Shown here: in pieces, positions 1 to 10,569 of the stretch
Layout of the letters: every line of letters starts with the position of its first letter
How positions within the stretch are numbered: the first letter of the stretch is position 1
Assembly (NCBI GenBank): GCA_976551045.1
Contig: CDPCPM010000014.1
Span: 20,832,001-20,896,000 of the forward strand
Reading direction: 5' to 3'
Origin: Glaucostegus cemiculus
Lineage: Eukaryota
DNA: 64,000 nt
Made by a program: the position numbers and the translations under genes
The notes under the pieces: generated by a model
Seen by the model: the letters and a program-made list of their open reading frames with translations, nothing else
The model's database searches: none
Told to the model about the DNA's origin: nothing

Positions 1-83
1 AAACATGAATCTAATAAGCGTTGTGTTATCTTTGGTGGGTTTATACGCGCTAAACATCTGGTTATTATTTTATAAAAATTTAC

Positions 84-145
84 CTGGGGCAAGGAGGGTC
101 TCCTCTGATTTCCTTTCTGATCCAATGACCACTCGCTAGGGCCAT
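84..145 (-). CDS. Probable first coding exon of a divergent gene encoding a kelch-repeat-like (RABEPK/KLHDC-type) protein; the rest of the gene lies left of the window
   Basis: Minus strand reads gcaagaaATGG (purine at -3, G at +4), translating MALASGHWIRKEIRGDPPCP-(AG), then a canonical donor CAG|GTAAAT at 84/83. W-x(5-6)-G-x-P-P-x-P-R is the typical lead-in to a kelch blade. CpG-containing, promoter-like sequence lies upstream. Confidence 0.6.
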
Positions 146-560
146 TTCTTGCTCTCTGCTGCAAACTGTTTACGTCAGATTTAACCTGTATAAACTACGG
201 GATAGATCAACAACTTGCAGGTAACTACTGTGCGTTACGCAGGTTTTCCGGAGGTGCTGCTGCTGCTCTCAGCGTGCTGTATAAATTCTTCTCTTACCCA
301 TTGTTAAGATATCAGATCAGATTATTCCAGACATAACTAATTATTCCGCCCTAATTAATGTAAATTACAGGCACTGTCTGGTTACACTTGCTGTGCTATC
401 AACACACTTCCAACGACTGCCAATGAAATAGAAGTTCCGGGGTAGCTTGCAAATCCGTTGAAACCCGAGAGAGAAGCAGACTTGAACCAAACTTGACACA
501 GTGCATGTGCTGGCACCGAACACCCCACGTACAGTCCAGTTGGTTCAACACCTTTAGCTG
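146..560 (-). promoter_or_regulatory. Putative promoter/5' UTR of the minus-strand gene
   Basis: Locally elevated CpG. CRE-like TACGTCA (~171-177), GC box CCGCCC (~346-351), ETS-like TTCCGG (~246-251 and ~435-440), directly upstream of the ATG at 145. Confidence 0.4.
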
Positions 561-583
561 AGTCTGGATGTATTTAGAGGACA

Positions 584-1025
584 GAGACACAAGACATTCT
601 GTACATGCTAATTCTGCAATTCTAGCATCTGCAGAATCCCTTGTTGTCTCCGTTTTGCTGCTCCACTGTGAAGTCTATTTCCAGGGATGCCTAACCTGAA
701 GAAGTTTTCCTCCTCTCTTTGACGGGAGTTCAATGAGACCCTCTCTACCTGCTCCCCTTCTGTGATCTTTGGTGCTCTCCAGCTCTTCCACCAAGTGCTC
801 ACCCAGACTTGCTTCCACAGCCACGTGGCCTTCCTGGGAACTTGTCTCAGCCCCCTTCCCCTACCCCCACCCCTCCTCCCCCCCCCCCCACCCCGCCTTC
901 ATATTCTGGCTTCTGCCCTCTTCCTTTCCAGTCCTGATGAAGGTCTCGGCCCAAAACATTGACTGTTTATTTCCCTCCATAGATGCTGCCTGATCCACTG
1001 AGTTACTCCAGCACTTTTGTGTATT
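584..1025 (+). mobile_element. Internally deleted Penelope-like element (PLE) relic with a terminal inverted hairpin and a hammerhead-like 3' end
   Basis: 584-650 is an imperfect inverted repeat (GAGACACAAGACATTCTGTACATGCTA / TAGCATCTGCAGAATCCCTTGTTGTCTC). 860-1020 matches the 3' arm of the PLE at 33960-34110 (C-rich tract, TTCTGGCTTCTGCC, CCAGTCCTGATGAAGG, ATAGATGCTGCCTGA). Confidence 0.7.
929..965 (+). ncRNA. Degenerate minimal hammerhead ribozyme motif (PLE-associated)
   Basis: CAGTC-CTGATGA-AGGTCTCGGCCC-AAAAC-ATT-GACTG: stem I CAGTC/GACTG and the CUGAUGA core are intact, but GAAAC has become AAAAC and GUC has become AUU. Confidence 0.6.
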
Positions 1026-2971
1026 TAGATGACAGTAAAAACTGAAGTCCAGTTTATGTATTTTATTCCACAAGTACAATCTGAGGACCCCCAATCTACA
1101 GTAGAATGGTTGTCTGGTTATAATGCAAGAGGATATTTTTTCCACGTAGCCATGATATTGGAAACTCTTATACAGCCAAAGGGAAAAGAAGCATCTGTAC
1201 CAACAACTGAAGGTCAACAGAAAACCTGTCACTTAAAGAACAGATGGCCGGTGGAAACAGCACAGGAGGTCCTGATATCCATGATCGTGCTGTCAGCACT
1301 ACCACCACTATTCCCCATCCCAAACCCTATTGTTAGGAGCCCCAAGTGTTAGAGAGGCAGGCTGTACTTGAAAAAAATTCTCAACAGTGACTCTGTCCTT
1401 GTCATGAGAGTCCTTGATTCCATTCCAAAGCATGTTTTCCAGTCCAACCTCAGCACCACCCCAGGCTCACAAGAAATCAAAAGAGAAATATGTCAACTGA
1501 AAAACAAGAGGCCACGTGAGCATACAGTATCACTAATGAAGTTCAAAAATCTGGTGCAGAGGAACTTTAGACACAAATTCATAACCCCATTTCTCACATC
1601 TGGGAAAAGGAGCACTGTCCAGAGGGCCCCAGAGACATTGAGGCCATTTTCATGAAAGAAGACAAATCTGAGTGCGGTAATTACAGAGCAGTTCCCCCAC
1701 CCCTGCAGTAATGTCTGCTACAGGAATATCAATGCAAGAGCCAAGCTTAATTACTTCCCACTGGTGGCTGAAGGGTTGTTCCCTGAATCATGATGTAGAT
1801 TCTGTTCATACTGAGGCACAATGGACACGATTTTCACTGCACAACAACTCCAATAACAGAGCAACATCAACCGCTCTACATGGCCTTAAGCAATCACACA
1901 AAAGCCTTTGATTGCATTAATTGAGATTTGGCTGCCCTCAGAAACTTGCCTCCACCTTGTGTTTGGTGGCATGCAAACTGTGACCTTAACTAACTTGCCC
2001 ACAATAGGCCAAATTTCAGTGCAGACAGTTGTCAAGCAAGCCAGCATCATTGCTCCAGCGCTTTTTTCAATTTTTATCATTGCAGTGCTGCATTTCACCT
2101 CCAAATACTTTCTCCCTGGAGTGCTGCTAATCTACAGGATAAATGGGAATTTGTTCAATCTATGTTTCCTTCACTCCAGAATCAAGGTCACTCCAACCTC
2201 AGTCATTGCACTTTCAGGAGCCAACACTCAGTGACAGCAAACATCAGTGATGAAATTCATGATTGCTTTCAGTTTGCTAGCACAGCCTTTGGCCGTCTGG
2301 GGAAAAGAGTGCTTGAAGATTAAGACCTCAAACCAGTGCTAAATTTATGAACTACCGGGCAGCAGTAATCCCTGCCCTGTGGATCCCTCTGAGACTTGGA
2401 TTATCTGCTAAACAAGCACTCTAACATTGTCTCTGCAAAATCCTCCAAGTCCACTGGCAGAATGAATGAAACAATGACTGTGTTCTCTTCCATCTTCCAC
2501 AGCTGAAAAGCTCTTATTACATGCAGTGGGCTCCAATGAGCAGGCTACACCTTTTGCAGCCCTGATACATGTCAGTTCAATTCCACAGTTGGGATACTGC
2601 TTAAACAGGTGGATTATATTGAATCCTAACTGCAGGCTGCATCCAACTGAGCACTATTACTTATTCATGGGATTCATTTACACCAGGACACATGAGCTAA
2701 GTTTGCCTGTTGCTTCAGCCTTCAGACTCCCTCTTAATATCAGTTATGAAAATGCAGTCAGTCTCTGGCTGCCCTGAAAACTTGTAAGGGAGTTTCTCCC
2801 AACATAATTTACAAACCTAAATTCAATGATGAAGGAGATCCAAAATTGCTGCTCTGTTCTGAATTCCATCATGGCACCAAGGGGACAGAGGAAACAATCA
2901 AAGGATGTTCTCAAAATCTCCTTAAAAAATGTAATATCACCAGCAATTCATGCAAATCCCTGTTCCATAAT

Positions 2972-3245
2972 GCTATTACAGCGCCAGTGACACGAGTTCA
3001 ATTCCTGCTGCTGTCTGTAAGGAGTTTGTATGTTCTCCCAGTGTCTGCATGGGCTTCCTCCAGGCATTCTGGTTTCCTCCCATATTCCAAAGATGTACAG
3101 GTTAGGGGCTGTGGGCATGCTATGTCGGTGCCAGAAGAGTGGTGACACATGCGGGCTGCCCCGAGCACATTCTCAGTAATGCAAAAAGACACACTTCACT
3201 GTGTGTTTCAATGTACATGTGACTAATAAATAAATATCTTGTCTT
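2972..3245 (+). mobile_element. tRNA-derived SINE (V-SINE/HE1-like) inserted in the RTE LINE
   Basis: B-box-like GAGTTCAATTCC, central GGAGTTTGTATGTTCTCCC..GGTTTCCTCCCA..TCCAAAGA core, tail TGTGACTAATAAA + (TCTTR)n. The 3' part recurs at 23964-24080. Confidence 0.75.
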
Positions 3246-3626
3246 TCTTTTTCAATCTTTTTATTGAATTTCAAATTAATTCAAATTAATATACATAACA
3301 TTAATAATTATACATATGGTGTGAAGAGATCGGGATAACAATAATAACAGTTAATATTTATACTCACAAGAAGTAAAATATATAATCTGGACCTCCCACT
3401 CTCTTGCTAAGTGAACATGATACAAAAATAAGAAATAGAAAAGAAATTTGATTATATGAAAAGAAAACCCCAAATCAAAAAAAAGTATAATAATAAACAA
3501 AAGCAAACCAAAAACTTCAAAACAAAACTGGACTGATATTTCTTAGGTTCAAAAAAAAACATTCGTATGTCGTTAGCTCCGCTCCTCTATACTCAAAGGT
3601 TATTGAAAGGGATTCGAAAAAGATCT
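3246..3626 (-). mobile_element. Polyadenylated retro-insertion (likely L1-clade 3' UTR) in the SINE tail
   Basis: The minus strand ends with AATAAA followed by an A-rich tail. Flanked by the direct repeat TATCTTGTCTT (3235-3245 and 3627-3637), which may be a TSD. Confidence 0.55.
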
Positions 3627-4769
3627 TATCTTGTCTTATCTAAAATGGTAGAGATGCATTGGGAATGGCACTGAGAAGCTTGTCTCTTTGTTTGGACGAT
3701 GCAAAAAGTTACATAAACAACGGAAGGGGCTCAAGGCTTCACAAACTACCCACCCACCCACTCCATCAAGCACCTCCTGTTCCACATCCTGCGGAGTCTG
3801 CAGATCTTACTTTGGGCTCTTCAGCTACCTGAGGGCCCAGCGAACTGGAGCGGAAGCAAATCATCCTCAATCCCAAGGGATTGCCTAAGAAGAGTGGAAT
3901 AAAGCATGGGGATAACCTGAGTTGACATTTGCCACGTAAACATATCATTGAAATGTTTCATTACTGTGTATTTGGTAGATCTAAAGACAGATCAATAATT
4001 ACAACTAGTGTGCTTTGTTTAAAAACTATACTTATAAGGTCTCACTAACATTTTAAAAATAGATCCTACTTAATGAATGCCTGCTTGCCTACGATAGACA
4101 TTAAAGTAGGGTCCCTAGCATATTTTACCTATGCAGTATATGTAACCTTGAATTAAAATTATTTTCAAACATATTTTTATACTCTCAACTATGTACTTTT
4201 CCCTCTGAACTTACCGCAAGCTGGAGCTGTTAAATATATATTCTGCCTGATTAATACTGAATCTAACTGCAGGATTGGACCAACTGAGTACTATTACTTA
4301 TTCATGAGATTCATTTACAGCAGGTCACAACAGTCAGTGTGTTTGCCAGTTGCAAACTGAAATGGCCTCAGGCTTCAGATTCACCAAACTTCAATTCTGA
4401 AAATACTATTTGTTATCTCAGACCCTAGCTCCTTATAAAATATATAGGAGGGCAGCTCTCAATATAATTTACCTACTCATAAGTTCAGTGATGAAGGTGA
4501 AGAAAATTACCTTGTGACCAAAGCTGTCTAACCCAAGCACAAAATTTGGACTTGCACTATTGTGTCCTATCTTCAAGGGAAATCCTTCAATTTTTTTTAA
4601 AACCAATATGCTACTTGTGTTTTGTGATGAAATGTTTATTTTGTCCCCCTTTCCAAATTCAGGTTACCTGTTTCATGCTGCCTGGTTAAATTGTATGCCA
4701 ACTGCAAGTTGAACCAACTGAGTTCTATTTTAGGACTTCAGCATTATTAATCTAAGAGGATAGGTGTCA

Positions 4770-5080
4770 ACTTTAGCCTTGTCGCAGAAGTCTCACATTT
4801 AAGTTAGAATGTGATAAATTCAATCCCTAGGTTGGTAGTTCAAAGTTCAGTGCAGTGATCCAGACTCGAATGTCTCATGTCTTGAATGTGTTAAACAGAG
4901 GACCAGAAGAACCCATCAGGTGAGTCTAAAATACATATTTGTAGAAGAGAAGAGTTTTCTTATCCAAAAGTTTATCCCTTAAGCAATACCATGAAGATGG
5001 ATTAATATCATCTATTGCCCTGTTGTTAGTTGTGAGAATTAATTGACTGCCATAGTTTCCTACACAAAAACCTTGCAAAA
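4770..5080 (+). mobile_element. Old Deu-domain SINE (SacSINE1/AmnSINE-like) relic
   Basis: Degenerate similarity to the Deu-like copies at 44710-44870 and 61770-62150 (TTAAAC.GAGG.C..CAGGTG..TAAAA..ATATTTG.AGAAGA). Confidence 0.35.
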
Positions 5081-6381
5081 ACAGTAGCCTCAAAAATAAG
5101 TAATCAGCTTGAGTGGTGGGAGGGTATTTTATTAATGCAGTTCCTTAATTTAGTTACATGCTAACCCATGCATAGTCAAGGAATTTTGTTGGAAGATATC
5201 CATCTTCACTGCCTCATTATAAAACTTATTCCAGCCAATATTTGTCTTTAAATTTTAGATCCTGTCACTAGTTGTGATACATTAAAATAGGTCCAAAAGC
5301 AATTATGTATGAATTCCTGATTACACTATTTTGGTCTATGTAATACCTTATATGTTTCACCAATGATAGAAGTGGTTTTGCATTCCTCTAGCATCTAGTG
5401 TGTTTTGACCTATTTCTCATAAACCTAGTGATTGAAAAAGTTTCTGTTAAACTTGAGATATGTGCAGAATTCCTCTTACTGATCAAATACTGGATAGAAT
5501 GGAATCTCAGTATGATGGAAGAGAGTACATGCTGCTAACCTTTTCCATACCAGTTGACAAATGCAAGAAACAGTCAAGACATTTCTTCCAGTACTTTTAA
5601 TTGTATATTTTTGACTACTTTGACTCTAAATCCTATCACTTTTCATTAATTTGGTGCAATATATTTAATGCATTGTTCTCCAATTTCAGGTATTATTTAA
5701 GTATTCATTAGCAATTTAATTTTGTTTAGTCTGTTAATACTAGTTTCTGTTTAGTGTTATGTTTCCCTAATAATAATATAAAATACAACACCTTTAAATT
5801 CCCCTCCAGTTCACACACCATCCCAACAAGCAGTAAAATCGCCATCCCTTCACCACATATCTTGGAAATTGTCATCAAACAACGTTATTAAAGTACCTTC
5901 ATTGCAAGTAACATCTCAATGGAAACTGCGGATAGGCAGTAAGTACCTTCCTTTCCTGCAATGCTCAAGATATGAAAACTAAAATAAAAGCACAGATGCT
6001 GGAACTCTGAAAAACGATGACCTGACCTGTAACATTAACCATTTCCTGCTGCCTGGCCTGATAAGTGTTTCTGGTATTTTTTATTTTCATGCCCGGTATG
6101 TTACAATTGGAGTCCCATCATTAGAGCATGATTGGAACTGCTGTGTCCTTCCAATCTGAGTCTATGTGATTCACTGTACCTTGATCAAGTGTTGGTGAAT
6201 CTATCCCCTAATAGCCCACCTGCTTTGCATACCACAGTCATTGTCTTCAGAAAGAAAGCATATTAATAGGGGAGTAAATCTTGGGACTGCCTCATTATTT
6301 TTTCAAATATAAACTTTATTCATTATATAAACACACACACACACATACATACAAAAGAAACCTCTAAATTGTGATGTACTG

Positions 6382-8590
6382 GAATCAGAATCAGGTTTAT
6401 TATCACTGAGTTATATGTCATGAAATTTGTTGTTTTGTGGCAGTAGTACAGTGCAAAGACATAAAATTACAGTAATTTACAAAATAAATAAAGTGCAAAA
6501 AAAGAATAATGGGGTAGTGTTAATGGGTTCATGGACTGTTCTGAAATCTAATGGCAGAGGGGAAGAAACTGTTCCTAAATCACTGAGAGTGGGTCTTCAG
6601 GCTCCTGTACCTTGTCCCTGGTGGTAGTAACAAGAAGAGGGCATGTCCCGATGGTGCGGGTCCTTAGTGATGGATGCCACCTTCTTGAGGCTCCACCTCT
6701 TGAAGGTGTCCTTGATGGTGGGGACAACAGTAAAAGCCTGTGCCCATGATGGAGCTGGCTGAGTCTATGACCCTCTGCAGCCTTTTGCAATCCTGTGCAT
6801 CAGAGCCTCCATAACAGGCTGCGATGCAACCAGTCAGAATGTTCTCCACCATACATCTTTAGAAATTTGCAAGAGTCTTTGGTGAAATATCAAATCTCCT
6901 CCAACTCCTCATGAAGTAGAATCACTGGCATGCCGTCTTTGTGATTGCATCAATATGTTGGGCCCAGGATAGATCCTCCAAGATGTTGATGTCCAGGAAC
7001 TTAAAGCTGCTCACCCTTTCCACCGCTGACTCCTCAGTCAGGACTGGTGTGTGTTCTCCCAACTTCATCTTCCTGAAGTCCACAATCAGTTCCTTGGTCT
7101 TGCTGATGTCAAGTGCGAGGTTATTATTGCAACACCACTCAACCAGCTGAGCTATCTCACTCCTGTATGCCTCCTTATCACTAGGTCCTTGCTCACGCAG
7201 GAGTTAATTCTATTCATAACCAACCTCTCAAAGCACTTCATCACTGTAGATGTAACTGCTACTGGGGCGATAGTCATTGAGGCAGCTCACCCTGCTCTTT
7301 TTGGGTACTGGTATGATTGCTGCCCTTTTTAAGCAGGTGGGAATCTCAGAGCTCAGCAGAGAGAGGTTGAAGATGTCCTTGAACACCCCAGCCAGTTAGT
7401 TGGCACAGGTTTTCAGTACCCAGCCAGGTACACCATCAGGGCCTGACATTTTGCAGGGGTTCGCCCTCTTGAAGGATGTTCTGACATCAACCTCCGAGAC
7501 AGACATCACAGGGTTGTCAGATGCTGTGGGGATTTGCACAAGCGTAGTGTTATTCTCCCTTTCAAAGTGTGCATAAAGGGCATTCAGCTCATTAGGGAGT
7601 GAAGCATCGCTGCCATTTATATTGTTTGTTTTTGCCTTCTAGGACGTAATGGCATGCAAACCCTGCCACAGCTGTCGTACATCCAACTGTGTCTCTAACT
7701 TCACATGGAATTGTCTTTTTGCTCTCATGATGGCCTTCCATAGATCATACCCGGCCTTGTTGTCGGATTCTGGATCACTGGCCTTGAACACCACAGATCT
7801 ATCCCTCAGCAGACTGCGAATCTCCTGGTTCATCCAGGGCATCTGGTTTGGGAAAACTTGATATGTTGTCAAAGGCACACACTCATCCACGCAGGTCTTG
7901 ATGAAGTCGATGATGGCTGTGGCATATTCATTCAGTTCTGCAGATGGATCCCTGAAAATGGTCCAGTCCACTGATTCAAAGCACTCCTGTAAACACTCCT
8001 TCAACTCCCTTAACCATATCTTCATGGTTCTTACCCTCTTCCTATATGACGGGAATAGAAGTACAGACGGGTTATTGTACTTGTCAAAGTGCAGGCACAG
8101 GATAGCACGGTAAGTGCTCTTGATGGTGGTGTTCGCAGGTGACATATTGGTGGTAATTGGTCAGAGACTTCTTCAAGCTGGCCTGGTTGAAGTCCCCGCG
8201 ATGATCAGGAAGGCATCAGCGTGCGCTGTCTCGTGACTGCTGATCACGGTGCTCAGCTCCTCCTGTGCCAGTTTGATGTTTGGCAGGGATGGAATGTACA
8301 CCGCTACCGGGATGACAGCAGAGAATTCCCTCAGCAGATAAAATAGCCGGCACTTGACTGCCAGATGCTCCAGGTCAGGGGAGCAGGACCGAGACAGAAC
8401 TGCTGTGTCTCTGCACCACGAGGAGTTAATCACAAAGCAAACACCGCTGCCTCTGCCTTTACCTGATGCCGCTGTCTGGTCCATATGTTGGATGGTGAAG
8501 CCCTTGGGCTGGAACACTGTGTCCGGCTGGCTGGGGGTGACCCATGTCTCTGTGAAGCAGAGTACACAACAGTCAGGAGGATCATTGTGG
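6382..8590 (-). mobile_element. Rex1/Babar-clade LINE, internally deleted, with endonuclease and RT C-terminal remnants
   Basis: ORFs 8173-8517 (GKGRGSGVCFVINSSWC..CSPDLEHLAVKCRLFYLLREFS) and 7639-8145 (CFESVDWTIF..FIKTCVDECVP..FPNQMPWMN) are Rex1-type. ORF 6664-6852 (ENILTGCIAACYG) is the RT C-terminus. (GAATCA)n tail at ~6382-6393. Confidence 0.85.
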
Positions 8591-8595
8591 GGGGG

Positions 8596-8735
8596 GGCAA
8601 CACTCAGCAGGAGAGCCTAGGACCTGAAACTTTAGCATTGTTTCTCTTTTCGCAGATGCTGCCTACCCTGCTGAGTTTTTCATCCTTTTTCTACTTTTAT
8701 TTTAGACTTCCAACATTTGCAATTTTTTGATTCTC
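8596..8735 (+). repeat. Short PLE-terminus-derived repeat
   Basis: ACTCAGCAGG..CAGATGCTGCCTACCCTGCTGAGTTTT is similar to the PLE ends at 980-1020 and 34070-34110. A reverse copy lies at ~12563-12620, with weaker relics at ~5990-6090 and ~40000-40110. Confidence 0.5.
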
Positions 8736-8964
8736 ATTAAGTTGTTCTCCTTATTTTATATCGTAATACCTTTATTTTAAAAGCTGCAGTATTTTGTTTA
8801 TATAAGTCTGAATATACTGTACATTGCATCTGTGGCATCTGGCAGTTAGGGATAAACTCAACTTTACTGGCAATAATCTTTGTGTAGGTGCACATGCAAT
8901 TCTCTCTATAATTTAGCATTAGCTGTATTACACTATGCGCAAGGCGTCGATGCAGTATGCACAA

Positions 8965-10395
8965 ATCTGAGGTTCTCACCTGCTTTAAGAAGACCACTAT
9001 CATCCTGGTACCTAAGAAAATCAAGGTAAAATGTGCTTTTATGACAACCGACTCTGACATCCACCATCATGAAGTGCTTTGAGAAGCTGGTCATGGCAAA
9101 CATTAACTCCAGCCTCCCAGACAACCTCAACCCACAGCAATTCGCCTATCACTGAAACAGGACCATGGCGTCACCATCTTCCTGGCCCTACACTCATCTC
9201 TAGAGCATCTGCACAGTAAAGACACCTACATTAGACTATTGTTTACTGACTACAGCTCCACCTTCAATACTATAATTCCAAGCGAATTCATCTCATCTCC
9301 AAACTCCAGGACCTGGGACTCAACATCTCCCTTTGCAACTGGATCCTTGACTTCCTAACCAACAGACCACAATCAGTAAGGAGTAAGGATAGGTAGCAAT
9401 ACCTCCACCATGATTATTCTCAACATTGGTACCCCAAAGGCTGTGCCCTCAACCCCTTACTCTACTCTCTGTATACTCACGACTGTGTGATCAGATTCTG
9501 CTCTAACTCCATCTACAAGTTTGCAGATAATGCCACCATAGTAGGTTGTATCTCAAATAACGATGAGCTGGAGTACAGAAAGGAGATAGAGAGCCTAGTG
9601 ACATGGTGTCATGACAACCTCAGTGTCAGCAAAACAAAAAAGCTGGTCATTGACTTCAGGGAGGGGGCACTACACATGGTCCTACTTACATGAATGGTGC
9701 TGAGGTCAAGAGGGTTAAGAGCTTGAAGTTCCTCAGAGTGAACATTACCAATAGCCTGTCCTGGTCAACTACATAGATGCCATGGCCAAGAAAGCTTATC
9801 AAATCTTCTATTTCCTCAGGAGGCTAAAGAAATTTGGCATGTCCCCTTTGACACCAATTTTTATTAGTGCACCATAGAAAGCATCCTATCTGGATGCAGC
9901 ATAGCTTGGTATAGCAACTGCTCTACCCTTGACTACAAGAAACTGCAGAGAGCTATGGACACAGCTCAACACATCATGAAAACCAGCCTCCCCTCCATGG
10001 ACTCTGTTTACACTTCTCACTGCCCTTGTAAGGCAGCCAACATAATCAAAGACCCTACTCACCCTCGTCGTTCTCTCTCCTACCCCTCCCATCGGGTAGA
10101 AGATACAAACGCCTGAAAGCACTTACCACCAACAGCTTCTATCCTGCTGTTATAAGACCATTGCACGGTGCCCTAGTAGATAAGACGGGCCCTTGACCTC
10201 ACAACCTAACTCGTTAAGGCTTTTCACCTTACTGTCTACCTACACTGTACTTTCTCTTTCACTGTAACACTTTATTCTGCATTCTGTTATTGTTTTACCT
10301 TAATGCAATGTTGTAATGAAAAGTATATGGACAGTATGCAAGACAAGTTTTTCTCTGTACCTCGGTACATGTGGCAATAATAAACCAATTTACCA
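8965..10395 (+). mobile_element. 5'-truncated Rex1/Babar LINE (RT + 3' UTR)
   Basis: Broken frames give [52 protein letters not shown] and IYKFADN. The 3' end is GGCAATAATAAACCAATT. Homologous to 30315-31432. Confidence 0.85.
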
Positions 10396-10569
10396 AAATA
10401 TAGTTTTTGGATTTGGCGCCAGTATCTCAGCTCTGGTGACATTTACGGCTCTCGCGTTGTTCCACCCGGTGTCACGTGGGAGCGGCACTGGCCCGGGGAA
10501 GCTCGAGCAGGGAAGGTGGCGGCTACAATGTAGCGAGCGGGACACGGGCTCAGCAGGTTCGATGGCTCG

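Larger units (their letters stand above)
1030..3892 (+). mobile_element. Degenerate RTE-clade LINE (RT region to 3' end), interrupted by younger insertions
   Basis: Broken translation at ~1783-1920 gives PES*CRF..GTMDTIFTAQQLQ..QHQPLYMAL..HTKAFD. ORF 1908-2234 contains VKQASIIAPALFSIF..GVLLIYRINGNLFNL (RTE RT signature). The 3' end at ~3860-3890 matches the minus copy at ~13930-13970. Confidence 0.75.

Noticed and set aside
2823-2835. RTGATGA C-box-like motif at the ends of the duplicated segments (also ~4487-4498)
   Set aside because: The motif sits at the 3' end of the shared block, and there is no conserved downstream D box or terminal stem, so a C/D snoRNA is not supported.
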